Below are positions 1-9,138 of a stretch of DNA of 64,000 nucleotides, in pieces. Under the pieces are notes generated by a model, which ran no database searches, was not told the DNA's origin, and worked only from the letters and a program-made list of their open reading frames with translations. The stretch spans positions 96,001 through 160,000 of the forward strand of contig CAXWPH010000010.1 of the NCBI GenBank assembly GCA_963666055.2, in the 5' to 3' direction. Positions within the stretch are counted from its first letter, which is position 1. Every line of letters begins with the position of its first letter. The translations under genes were made by a program, and so were the position numbers. The DNA is from Acidobacteriota bacterium (lineage in GTDB: Bacteria; Acidobacteriota; UBA890; WLXD01).

Positions 1-568
1 CCGACTGTTGCTCTGCATCTGCGCATACAGCGCCGGGGTGGCGGTTGTGTCCACGGTCGCAGGAGTGTACGCGCAACAAGTGCTGCAACTCAGTCAGGTC
101 GAGACAATCTCCCTGCTGGTCATCGTCAACCTGAGCGCCGCAGCCGGCGCCTTCGCCTTCGGCCACCTACAAGACCGATTCGGCTCTAAGCGGACGATCG
201 CCATGACCCTACTGTTGTGGACCGCAACCACGTTGGGTGCGGCATTCATCGAGACCACGATGCAGCTGTTCCTCATCGGAAATATGGCCGGTGTAGCCAT
301 AGGATCGAGCCAGTCGGCCGGCCGCGCGATGGTGGCGCTGTTCTCCCCTGCCGCCAAGGCAGCGGAGTTCTTCGGTCTCTGGGGGATGGCAGTGAAGACG
401 GCGTCAATCATCGGGCCGCTGACCTACGGGATAACCAACTACGCCACCGGCTCACACCGCGTCGCCCTGGCGATCACCACCGTCTTCTTTCTCGCCGGCC
501 TGGCGTTGCTGTGGCAGATTGACGAGGAACGTGGGCGCCGGACAGCCGAAGCCTACGTTGAGGGCTGA
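1..568 (+). CDS. MFS transporter (UMF1-like), C-terminal part, truncated by the window edge
   Basis: Multiple TM helices, MFS motif GHLQDRFGSKRT, and AEFFGLW...K...IIGP typical of UMF1-type MFS proteins. Confidence 0.8.
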   Translation, partial: RLLLCICAYSAGVAVVSTVAGVYAQQVLQLSQVETISLLVIVNLSAAAGAFAFGHLQDRFGSKRTIAMTLLLWTATTLGAAFIETTMQLFLIGNMAGVAIGSSQSAGRAMVALFSPAAKAAEFFGLWGMAVKTASIIGPLTYGITNYATGSHRVALAITTVFFLAGLALLWQIDEERGRRTAEAYVEG

Positions 569-3435
569 GGTGGCGCGGCGGCAACGACGCGGTTGCGGCC
601 GCCCGATTTGGCCTGGTACATCGCCTGATCGGCACGCTTGAGCAAATCGTCCGCGATCGCGTCGTCGTAGCGCGACGGCGAGGAAAGCGTCGCCACACCC
701 ACCGAGATCGTGACGGTCACGTTGTGGCCATCAAATCGGAGCCGCTCGCCCTCGACTTCGGTGCGCAGCTTCTCGGCCAGGAACTGAGCGCCTTCGGCTC
801 CGGTGTTCGGCAGCAGGATGGCGAACTCCTCGCCGCCGAATCGCGCTGGAAGATCGGTGGCGCGCACCGTCTGGGAGAGCCCTCTCGCCACCAGCCGCAA
901 CACCTCGTCGCCGGCGGCATGGCCGAAGCGATCGTTGACCGTCTTGAATCGGTCGAGATCGAGCACCAGCAGTGACAGATGCTGGTCGGTCGGAACGCGG
1001 GTCAGCTTGCGTAGCTCGCGTTCCAGGCTTTCGAGGAAGAACCGCCGATTCGGTAGGCCGGTCAGCTCGTCGGTAGTCGCCATGCGCTCGAGCTGGGCGT
1101 TCTTCTCCACCAGTTCGTGTGTGCGAGCGTCGACCATGCGGCGCAGTCGGCGACGATCATCCTCGACGTGCCGCAACCTGCCCCTGAACAACACGCCGAC
1201 GAGGAGCAGCGAAAGAGCCGCCAAAGCGACGCGAAACCAGATCGTCTCCCACAGCTCTGGCCGCACCACGAAGCGCAGGCGGGCGGGCTCCCTGCTCCAC
1301 AAGCCACTCTCGTTGATCGCCTGCAACTCGAAGGTGTACTCACCCGGGGCAAGGTCCATGAACGTAACGCTGCGCTCTTCCGTGGGGCGGGACCAGACGT
1401 CCGACTGTCCGATCAGTCGGTATTGGAAACGACTGCTCGATTCATCTCGATACGACAGCGCGCTGTACGCGATGGTTACGCCGTTGTGATCAGGAGGAAG
1501 GTCGGCGAGCTCGGACTCGGTTGCCGGATCGCCGTCGACGAGCACGCCGCGAATCACTACCGCCGGCGGCACCGTCGACGCGACGCGAATACCGGGGCGA
1601 AAGACCGTCAACCCTGCGGGAGTACCAAACCAGAGGCGTCCGTCGTCGCCCGCAACGGCAGCGCCGGGGTTGCCGGCCGCAGCAACCAGCCCGTCTCCAA
1701 GATCGTAGTGGGACACACCCAGCGACGGGTCCCAGCGATCGAGACCGCGGTTGGTGTACAGCCAAACGCGCCCGCGGCGATCAACCACTACTTGGTGTAC
1801 GAAGTCACTGGCCAGCCCGTTGCCGTCACGGGTGAGCGCCGAAGTGCTGCCGTCTGGCAGGAATCGGATGGCGCCGTGGCCGTTCGTCGCCGCCCACACA
1901 CTGCCGTCGGGCGCCGGCGCCAGCGACCATACAGGCGACCGTTGCCAGCCCTCTTCCTTGTCGGGCCGTACGAACCCGCCGTCGACTTGCAGCCATACAC
2001 CGCGATCTCGGGTTCCGACCCACAGGCGCCCTAGGCTGTCGTTCGTGAGGGCGGTCACCGGTGCGTCGGCCAGGCGCGGGCCGGCCGGAGCTGGCGCGAT
2101 GCGATCGCCGATCACACGATGCAGGCCGCTGTCGGTCCCCACCCACACGGCGCCCCCGTGACGACGCAGCGCTCGCACCGCCGGACCGCGTACGAGGCGC
2201 GGGTTCCTGCCACGCGGCGCCCGCAGCAGACCACGTGTTGTGCCGACGATCAGCTCTTCCCCGGTGGCCACGAGGGCCGTGATCTGCCCAGCAGCGTCGG
2301 CGTTCACGTCGAGCTCGAGGCTCGGTCCGTCGCTGCCCCGGAACGCCACGATCCCATCTCGGGTGGCGGCCCACACGGTCCCTGTCGCATCAATATCGAG
2401 CGCCACCACGAAGTCGCCCGGCATGCCGTGAGCGGTCGCATAGGTCACGAAGCTCGAAGCCACCAGTTTGGCAGCGCCACTATCTGTCCCGAACCAAACG
2501 TTGCCTTCATGGTCTACCAGCACTGCGTTGACGCGGTCATCACCCAGCCCAGCGCGGACGTCGTATACCTCGACAGTCGGAGGGCGCACGTGGATCGCGC
2601 CGCGATCGGTGCCGAACCATAGGCCGCCTTCCGGCGCGCGCGCCGCACCAAGCACGTGCTTGCCGTCCGCCTCAGGTACTGGAATGAGTCGACCACCAAC
2701 CAGGCGGTACAGTCCGCGGTCGGTTCCAACCCACAGCAAGCCGCCACTATCGACGATCAGCACCGTGACCGCGGCGCCGGTAGGCAAGCCGACATCCTCG
2801 CGTAGCAACCGGTCGCGGTGCAGACGATACAGGCCACCAGGGCCGCCAACCCACGTTCGAGACGAAGGGTCCACGGCTACTGCCGTACAGCATCCTGGCG
2901 GGACTTCAGACTCGGGCACGGCGCGCCGTGGCCCTTCCGCCGTAATCGCTACCAGGCCGCGTGATGTCGCGAACCAGAGCGAGCCCCTGGGATCCGGGTA
3001 AATGGAGCGCACGACAGCACCGTCGAGACCATCCCCCAGCAGGACGCGAACGACGCCATCCTCAATGACCCCGACCCCACCTTCACGCGCGGCGAACACG
3101 ACGCTGCCATCCTCGGCTTCAGCCAGCGTCACGATGGTGCTACCGATCAGACCACCGGCGGCGGCGAAGCGCCTGAATTCCGACCCGTCGTAGCGCGCCA
3201 GACCGCCGCTAGTACCGAACCAGAGGTAGCCTTGCCGGTCCTGCAAGACGCTGTGCACTCGACTCGCCGGCAGCCCGGTGGCAACGGTATAGCGGGTGAA
3301 GTGGAACTGCTGCGCAGCGGCGCTCAACGGCCAGGATGCGGCCGACGCGGCGAGCACCAGGCACACAGGTACCAACACGCTCACACGGCGCGGGCGAGGT
3401 CGAACCTGTGGCAAGAAAGGCACCGTCGTAGTCAT
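553..3435 (-). CDS. Membrane-anchored diguanylate cyclase with periplasmic beta-propeller (two-component regulator propeller) and Y_Y_Y domain
   Basis: Signal peptide, repeated DxxGxLWFGTxxGL blades, Y_Y_Y region, one TM helix, DxLTGLPNRR, I-site RATD and GGEEF active site. Confidence 0.92.
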   Translation of the reverse strand: MTTTVPFLPQVRPRPRRVSVLVPVCLVLAASAASWPLSAAAQQFHFTRYTVATGLPASRVHSVLQDRQGYLWFGTSGGLARYDGSEFRRFAAAGGLIGSTIVTLAEAEDGSVVFAAREGGVGVIEDGVVRVLLGDGLDGAVVRSIYPDPRGSLWFATSRGLVAITAEGPRRAVPESEVPPGCCTAVAVDPSSRTWVGGPGGLYRLHRDRLLREDVGLPTGAAVTVLIVDSGGLLWVGTDRGLYRLVGGRLIPVPEADGKHVLGAARAPEGGLWFGTDRGAIHVRPPTVEVYDVRAGLGDDRVNAVLVDHEGNVWFGTDSGAAKLVASSFVTYATAHGMPGDFVVALDIDATGTVWAATRDGIVAFRGSDGPSLELDVNADAAGQITALVATGEELIVGTTRGLLRAPRGRNPRLVRGPAVRALRRHGGAVWVGTDSGLHRVIGDRIAPAPAGPRLADAPVTALTNDSLGRLWVGTRDRGVWLQVDGGFVRPDKEEGWQRSPVWSLAPAPDGSVWAATNGHGAIRFLPDGSTSALTRDGNGLASDFVHQVVVDRRGRVWLYTNRGLDRWDPSLGVSHYDLGDGLVAAAGNPGAAVAGDDGRLWFGTPAGLTVFRPGIRVASTVPPAVVIRGVLVDGDPATESELADLPPDHNGVTIAYSALSYRDESSSRFQYRLIGQSDVWSRPTEERSVTFMDLAPGEYTFELQAINESGLWSREPARLRFVVRPELWETIWFRVALAALSLLLVGVLFRGRLRHVEDDRRRLRRMVDARTHELVEKNAQLERMATTDELTGLPNRRFFLESLERELRKLTRVPTDQHLSLLVLDLDRFKTVNDRFGHAAGDEVLRLVARGLSQTVRATDLPARFGGEEFAILLPNTGAEGAQFLAEKLRTEVEGERLRFDGHNVTVTISVGVATLSSPSRYDDAIADDLLKRADQAMYQAKSGGRNRVVAAAPPQPST

Positions 3436-3454
3436 CAGTTTCAGGAATACCGTC

Positions 3455-3560
3455 CATGAGTTAGCAAAACTAACTAATAATGATTAAATAACTTTAAGTC
3501 TGATTCAAGACAATCATAGATATCTTTATCTTTTCACTATAGATCATCAATGACTTGGAG
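3455..3560. promoter_or_regulatory. AT-rich divergent promoter region with a 17-bp palindrome
   Basis: Abrupt AT-rich stretch between the divergent GGDEF gene and bolA; AGTTAG-caaaa-CTAACT at 3459-3475. Confidence 0.55.
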
Positions 3561-3696
3561 TAGCTGTGGAGACCGGTCACGAGACCGACCCGACCCGCTC
3601 CGCCTGTCGGTGCGCGCCATCAGCGATCGGCTTCTGTAGAATCGATGTGAGGCTGGCTCATTGGAGCCGCCGTCAAGCCCGCTGGGCGAGGAACCG

Positions 3697-3939
3697 ATGC
3701 AGAGTCCGCAGCTGCTGGCACCCGATGAGCTTCAGCGCATCATCGAGGCCGCGATCCCGAGCGCCACTGTGCTAGTCACCGATCTCACCGGCACGCGCGA
3801 TCACTATCGAGTGGAGGTGGTGGCGGAGGAATTCGAAGGCAAGACGCGGCTGCAGCAGCACCAGCTCGTCTACAAGGCTGTCGGTGACCACATGACGCAG
3901 GCAGTCCATGCGTTACAAATCCGCACGAGAACACCCTAG
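3697..3939 (+). CDS. bolA: BolA family protein
   Basis: DHY..EVV...FEGKTRLQQHQLVY...VHALQI motifs; adjacent to a monothiol glutaredoxin. Confidence 0.92.
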   Translation: MQSPQLLAPDELQRIIEAAIPSATVLVTDLTGTRDHYRVEVVAEEFEGKTRLQQHQLVYKAVGDHMTQAVHALQIRTRTP

Positions 3940-3951
3940 GAGCACCATCCG

Positions 3952-4293
3952 ATGAGCGAAGAACTGCGCAGCAGCATCGATGCCGCCGTCGCTAATAGCC
4001 CCGTTCACGTCTTCATGAAGGGCACGCCGGACTCGCCCCAGTGTGGGTTTTCCAAGGCGTCCTGCGATGTTTTCCGGGCGCTCGGTGTGGAGTTCACAGC
4101 CACCAACGTGCTCGAGAACCTAGACGCGTATCGTGCCGAGTTGGGCCAGATGACCCAGTGGCCTACGATCCCGCAGATCTTTGTTAACGGAGAGTTCATC
4201 GGCGGCTGCGACATCCTCATCGAGATGTACAACCAGGGCGAGTTGCACAAGCTGCTGGGAGCCGAGACAGCGGTCGTCCAGGACGGCGAATAG
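3952..4293 (+). CDS. grxD: Monothiol glutaredoxin (Grx4)
   Basis: FMKGTP..PQCGFS, WPTIPQ and FIGGCDI motifs. Confidence 0.95.
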   Translation: MSEELRSSIDAAVANSPVHVFMKGTPDSPQCGFSKASCDVFRALGVEFTATNVLENLDAYRAELGQMTQWPTIPQIFVNGEFIGGCDILIEMYNQGELHKLLGAETAVVQDGE

Positions 4294-4329
4294 CGCCCCG
4301 CACGTCGCCAACGATCCACCGGGTTCCCG

Positions 4330-5184
4330 GTGAACCCATACCGTCTGCTGGCCGCATTCACACGCGCCCTCGGACGCGCTGGCCACCAGTTCTGGTTCAA
4401 CAACGGTTTCAACGACTGCGCCGCAATCTCGTACTACGCGTTGCTGTCGATCGTACCGTTGGTGGGGCTGGTTATCGGGGTTCTCAGCCTGTTCGTAGGG
4501 GTAACCTCGGAGGAGATCGAGCAGATCCTCCGCGAAGGCGGCTGGATCGCTCCGGAGTTCGGCGCGGTAATCAACGCCGCGGTCACCGAGCTGCTGCGAC
4601 ACGGCACCAGCATCGGCCTCGTGTCGTTGGTAACCACGGTCTGGTTCGCGAGCCTGGTGTTCGGCTCCATTCAAACGGCGTTCGACCGAATCTTCCAGAC
4701 GTTCCATCCGCCACTGTGGGGGTTGATGAAACCGCGCCTGGTCGCCCTCGCCGCCGCCATTCTGCTGATGCTGAGCTTCGTGTTCAACATCCTGATGACG
4801 GTAGTGCGGAGCGTAGAGGCGCCGCTGGCCGCACGGATGATCGACTTCGTGGAGCGCTCGGCTTTCCTGAACTTCGCCAGCTCCTTTGTGCTCGACATCC
4901 TGGTGTTCATGCTCATTCTTTACACCCTGCCTCCGCGGCAACTGCATGATTGGCGAATGGTCATTCCTGCCGCATTGGTCGGCGCGGTGGGATGGCGCGT
5001 CGCCCGTGCCGGCTTCGGCATCTACCTGAGCTACGCCACCACGACCCTGACCTTCACCGGCTCGGCCGGCGCCGCCGTTATCTTCATGCTCTGGATCTAC
5101 TACGCAGCGCTCGTGCTGCTATTCAGCGCGGAGCTGCTGGTGGCGCTTGATCAGGCGCGCCGGGACAGCCCGATCGACCGGTAG
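4330..5184 (+). CDS. YihY/virulence factor BrkB family membrane protein
   Basis: AAISYYALLSIVP near the N-terminus, GS.GA..IFMLWIY...LF.AE near the C-terminus, multiple TM helices. Confidence 0.85.
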   Translation: MNPYRLLAAFTRALGRAGHQFWFNNGFNDCAAISYYALLSIVPLVGLVIGVLSLFVGVTSEEIEQILREGGWIAPEFGAVINAAVTELLRHGTSIGLVSLVTTVWFASLVFGSIQTAFDRIFQTFHPPLWGLMKPRLVALAAAILLMLSFVFNILMTVVRSVEAPLAARMIDFVERSAFLNFASSFVLDILVFMLILYTLPPRQLHDWRMVIPAALVGAVGWRVARAGFGIYLSYATTTLTFTGSAGAAVIFMLWIYYAALVLLFSAELLVALDQARRDSPIDR

Positions 5185-5203
5185 GCCGCGGCGAAGTGTG
5201 TCC

Positions 5204-5725
5204 TCAGCGCTCAAGCTCGAGGATGGCCGGCTTCCATGCCCTCGGGTCCGACGCCACACCGTGTGCCGGGCTCACTACCTCGACTCGATGAGCGACGAAA
5301 CGCACCAGGACGTAGTCGTCACCGCGGTTGCCCTCGACGTAGAACTCGTCCCACTCCGGCTTCCATCGCCGCGCCTTTTCGTCGGCATCGGTGATCACCC
5401 GCGCCACCCCGGTCAGGGTCACGTAGGCGCCGCTCGACGCGTCGAGGTAGTAGAGCGTGGCGCGCGAATCGTTGGCCAGCTCGCGCACCTTGCGGGTCGA
5501 TTTATTGGTGGCCATCCACACTCTGAAGTCGCTGTCAGCTGGAAAGGGGTCCATGGCTCGTGCCTGCGGTGCGCCGTCGGCATCGAGGGTGATCAAGGCG
5601 CAGTACCGTGCCGCCGTCATCACGGCGTGCGCCGCCTCGGCGATACGGTCGGGCTCTAGCAGGCCGTGGTGAAAGCCTGCCCCCAGAAACACCGACGCCA
5701 CCGCCACCACGAGGGCGCGCGTCAC
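5204..5725 (-). CDS. Pyridoxamine 5'-phosphate oxidase-like (general stress protein 26-like) FMN-binding protein
   Basis: LITLD..G.P.AR.M, VWMATNKSTRKVREL..D..ATLYY, YVTLTG. The N-terminus contains an in-frame repeat remnant (AGFHHGLL). Confidence 0.75.
   Translation of the reverse strand: MTRALVVAVASVFLGAGFHHGLLEPDRIAEAAHAVMTAARYCALITLDADGAPQARAMDPFPADSDFRVWMATNKSTRKVRELANDSRATLYYLDASSGAYVTLTGVARVITDADEKARRWKPEWDEFYVEGNRGDDYVLVRFVAHRVEVVSPAHGVASDPRAWKPAILELER
5656..5679 (+). repeat. Miniature remnant of the CTAG/TIR repeat inside a CDS
   Basis: CTAG-CAGGCCGTGGTGAAAG at 5656-5675 is identical to the left end of the 271-bp element. Confidence 0.7.
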
Positions 5726-7215
5726 TCAGTTCCGCCACCCGTCGCCCGGACCTCGCCGATCGCCGCGCGAATGTCCTCCAGCGCCATGCGCAGACGATCC
5801 GCATGAGCCCTGAGCGGCAAGACGCAGATACGAATCACGAAACGGCCGTCGAGCCGCGTGCCGGTCAGATAGATGCGCCGGCGGGAGTTGATCCGCGCCA
5901 TCAATCGCTGGTTGAGCGCATCGAGATCTTCTCCGGACAACCCCGGCGGCTTCAACCGCCAGGCAAGTATGGTCAGCTGGGGCTCTGCAACAATCTCGAT
6001 GTCGTCGATCTCGCGCAGGCGAGCCGTTATCCAGTCGGTGAGCTCGAACTTCTCCTGCAGGGCGTCCCGATACGGCCCGATGCCGTGACGCTTCAACGGC
6101 AGCCATACCTTGAGACCGCGAAACTCGCGCGAGAGCTCCGGGGAGATCTCACAGAAATCGACCAGATCAGGCTCGTCCTGAAGCGGCGGCAAGTAGTCAG
6201 CGCTGGCTGAGTGCGCTCGCCGCAACGCTTCGCCGTCGCGCACCAGCAGGCTGCCGACACCGTACGGAACGAACAAGCTCTTGTGCGGGTCCAGCACTAC
6301 CGAATCGGCCCGGTGAAGGCCGTGCAGAACCTGCCTGCCGCGCTCTGTAAGCGCAAAGAACCCGCCATAGGAGGCGTCGACGTGAAGCCACAGGCGCTCC
6401 TGCTCGCACAGGTCCGCGAGCTCGTCGAGCGGATCCACTGCGCCGGAGTTCGTGGTTCCCGCACTCGCTGCGACAAGGAACGGTGTGAGGCCGGCGTCGC
6501 GATCCGCGCGGACGGCGCGCAGCAGCGTGTCTGGACGCATCCGATACCGTTCGTCGGTCGGCAGGGAGCGCACCGATGCGATCGGAAACCCCGCCAACAA
6601 AGCCGCTTTGAGCACGCAGTGGTGTACTTGATCGGACGTGTAAATGATGCCGTTCAGGAAGTGCGCTGGCAGCCGCTCCCGGCGCGCCGTGACCAACCCG
6701 CTGAAGTTCGCCAGCGAGCCGCCGCTAGTGAGAAATCCGCCAGCCTCGGGCGGATAGCCGATGATCTGCGCGAACCACTCGATGACGTTGGCCTCGATCT
6801 TCGCCATCACCGGACCGGCCGCAAAGACACCCATGTAGCGGTTGACCGAGTCGTTGATGAACGAGGCGAGGGCCGACTCGAAGACGGCGTTGCCGTTCAC
6901 ATAGGCGAAGTAGCCCGGTGACGCGGTGTTCAGCGATCGCGGGATCGCCTCATCGAACAGCAGGTCGAGCAACTCGTCGAAGGGTGTGCCCTGCTGCGGG
7001 AGCGGCTCATCGAGCGTGCGGGCAAACTCGGTGGCGCCGTCTGTATTGGAGGCGGGCTGCTCGGCGAACGACATTACGTGCGGCACGACACGGGTCACGG
7101 TGGCGTCGATGAGGGCCCGTATCTCGGCCTCGTCGGGCTCGAGAGGCCAGGATCTTTCTGCGGCCGACGTTTGTGGGGCTAGACCCCGAATGTCGTCGTC
7201 GTGTGCTTCGGACAC
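5722..7215 (-). CDS. PLP-dependent (group II) amino-acid decarboxylase, aromatic-L-amino-acid decarboxylase-like
   Basis: TSGGSLAN, AGTTNSGAVDPL, WLHVDASYGG, DPHK (PLP lysine), ELSREFRGLKVW. Confidence 0.9.
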   Translation of the reverse strand: MSEAHDDDIRGLAPQTSAAERSWPLEPDEAEIRALIDATVTRVVPHVMSFAEQPASNTDGATEFARTLDEPLPQQGTPFDELLDLLFDEAIPRSLNTASPGYFAYVNGNAVFESALASFINDSVNRYMGVFAAGPVMAKIEANVIEWFAQIIGYPPEAGGFLTSGGSLANFSGLVTARRERLPAHFLNGIIYTSDQVHHCVLKAALLAGFPIASVRSLPTDERYRMRPDTLLRAVRADRDAGLTPFLVAASAGTTNSGAVDPLDELADLCEQERLWLHVDASYGGFFALTERGRQVLHGLHRADSVVLDPHKSLFVPYGVGSLLVRDGEALRRAHSASADYLPPLQDEPDLVDFCEISPELSREFRGLKVWLPLKRHGIGPYRDALQEKFELTDWITARLREIDDIEIVAEPQLTILAWRLKPPGLSGEDLDALNQRLMARINSRRRIYLTGTRLDGRFVIRICVLPLRAHADRLRMALEDIRAAIGEVRATGGGTE

Positions 7216-7314
7216 CGCCGCTCCGTCTACAAAGCAACGGCCGCCGAACCGCCGGCGACCTCACTACGGACCCAAGATGGTCGGATGCTACCATGGCGCT
7301 CGTGTGCGGACGCT

Positions 7315-7887
7315 TCACGCGCTACCCGCGCCATGCTTGGCTCTCTCGGAATCCGATACCAATTCTGTACCATCGCCCTGCGCATCGGTGTGCAACGCTG
7401 CGCTCCACTGCGCCGACGCTTTGCGGATCATGCGGGCGTCCTCATGCACGTAACGCATCGTCGTTTTGATGTCCGAGTGGCCCATCGCCCGCTGCGTTCC
7501 CACTAGATCCCGGTACGCCATGAACGTCCCGTAGGTGTGGCGGAAGGTGTGGATCGTGATGTCCTCGGGCAACTCCAACCGAGTCCTTTCTTCCCGCCAC
7601 ATCTTCTGTAGCGTCGATGTGCAGCCAGCCACGAGTTGCAAGTCGCCACGAGCGTTCGCCAACTTCACCAGCTTGCGGAAATGCTTGATCGCCTCGTCCT
7701 CGAGCCAGACGATTCGCTCCTTGGAGCCTTTGCCTATCACCACCAAGTGAGCTCCCGGCGTGTTGACCTTCACGCTCTTGACCGGCAAGCCGGACAACTC
7801 GAAGGCTCGCAGCCCCGTCAGCAGATAGGCCAGCCTCCTTCGTAACCGTGCAGGCCGGCTTGCCGGCGGTGCTCCACCCCAGCGATC
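7315..7887 (-). pseudogene. Tyrosine recombinase/integrase, catalytic domain only (N-terminus missing)
   Basis: YLLTGLRAFEL (R), GKGSKER (K), HTFRHTY (HxxR), MGHSDIKTTMRY (H, Y). The frame is closed upstream by TGA at 7888-7890 and has no N-terminal core-binding domain. Confidence 0.8.
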
Positions 7888-8030
7888 TCAGCCGGAAGCA
7901 GCGCCAGCTTCTAGGTGCGGCCACGGCCGGGCGATGACACTTGCCCCTCCAGGCGGCGAGAGGTACCTTCGCACATCCTCGCGGCCGTGACCTCTTGTGC
8001 ACCGGGTATACAGAAATGGGAGAAACGCGA

Positions 8031-8801
8031 ATGCAGCAACACAAGCCTGCCAAGCTCATATTTGCCCCGGTGGCAGTCTCGCTCCTACTGCTTGCGCAGC
8101 TAGCGATACCAGCATTGGCGGAATCGAGCGTTGCGTCTGCCGGTGCGCCCACCATCCGCAAGGTGGACGTCACCGACGATGAAACGCAGATACTGATCTA
8201 CGGTAAGAATTTCTGTGCCAATCCTGTCGTGAAGCTCTCGACCATCACGCTAGATATCGACTCTGTTGACCTAGGCGGCCCAGAGTTGATCGTCGCAGAT
8301 TTGCCCGAGAATCCTCTGGTTCCGGCAGGCTACCGACTATCGGTAGACTGCGGTGTCAACAACCGCGGCAATGGGCTCCTCGGCTACGTATTCGTCAGCA
8401 TCGGAGACATTGGCCCACGGGGGTACCCGGGGGCAAGCGGTGCGGACGGAAAGGACGGCGCCGATGGGAGCGACGGAGCCACTGGAGCCCCTGGCACTGC
8501 CGGAGCCACCGGGGCGGTCGGTGTTTCGCAATGGGAGCGACTTAAAGGGGCCTGCCTGACCGTCCCCATTGGGGCGATAACGTCGACCGTAGTAACGTGC
8601 ACCGTTGGCAAGAAGCTCTTGGGAGGCGGTTACTTGAAGGCTGACTCGAATGCGTGCAACGTCGATATCGGAGCAGCACATACAACAACCATCCTGTCGA
8701 GCGGTCCAACAACGGATAACGCTTGGAGGCTTTCGTTGTTCAATCAAAGCGGCGTCGTCGTATTCTATTCCGCTTACGCCATCTGCGCGGTCGTCGACTG
8801 A
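8031..8801 (+). CDS. Secreted collagen-like (Gly-X-Y) protein with IPT/TIG-like N-domain and Cys-containing C-domain; element cargo
   Basis: Signal peptide, I.IYGKNF...P.V.L motif, about 12 G-X-Y triplets, C-terminal C..GKKLLGGG...YAICA. Confidence 0.75.
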   Translation: MQQHKPAKLIFAPVAVSLLLLAQLAIPALAESSVASAGAPTIRKVDVTDDETQILIYGKNFCANPVVKLSTITLDIDSVDLGGPELIVADLPENPLVPAGYRLSVDCGVNNRGNGLLGYVFVSIGDIGPRGYPGASGADGKDGADGSDGATGAPGTAGATGAVGVSQWERLKGACLTVPIGAITSTVVTCTVGKKLLGGGYLKADSNACNVDIGAAHTTTILSSGPTTDNAWRLSLFNQSGVVVFYSAYAICAVVD

Positions 8802-8817
8802 CCGGCAAGCGGTATAA

Positions 8818-9021
8818 CTAGTCCCGACTGTCGACCCCAGCCACCTCAGCAGCCTCGAGCAGTATCACCAGCTGATCCTCGTGGATCTCCGACGGTGTCG
8901 TGGCCAGGTTGACCAGCGACAGGTCGGCCAGCGTGCGGATGTTGCATTGCCGCAGGGCGAGCGACGTAGAGATCCAGATGCCGTCGAGGTGGACGATCTG
9001 CGTAGTCGGGGTGAGCTTCAT
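8818..9021 (-). CDS. Small hypothetical protein, possible RNA polymerase alpha-CTD-like helix-hairpin-helix
   Basis: 67-aa ORF with ATG; ALRQCNIRTLADL resembles the alpha-CTD pattern L....I.T..DL. Confidence 0.4.
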   Translation of the reverse strand: MKLTPTTQIVHLDGIWISTSLALRQCNIRTLADLSLVNLATTPSEIHEDQLVILLEAAEVAGVDSRD

Positions 9022-9138
9022 GCGTTGGAGCTAACACCCCCGAAATGGCCGAATACCAAAAAAATACCAACTTCGGTGGTTTTAGGGGTGTTTTGATACC
9101 CTTAGGAGCCCCCAACCACGCTGGTATCACTGAATCGT

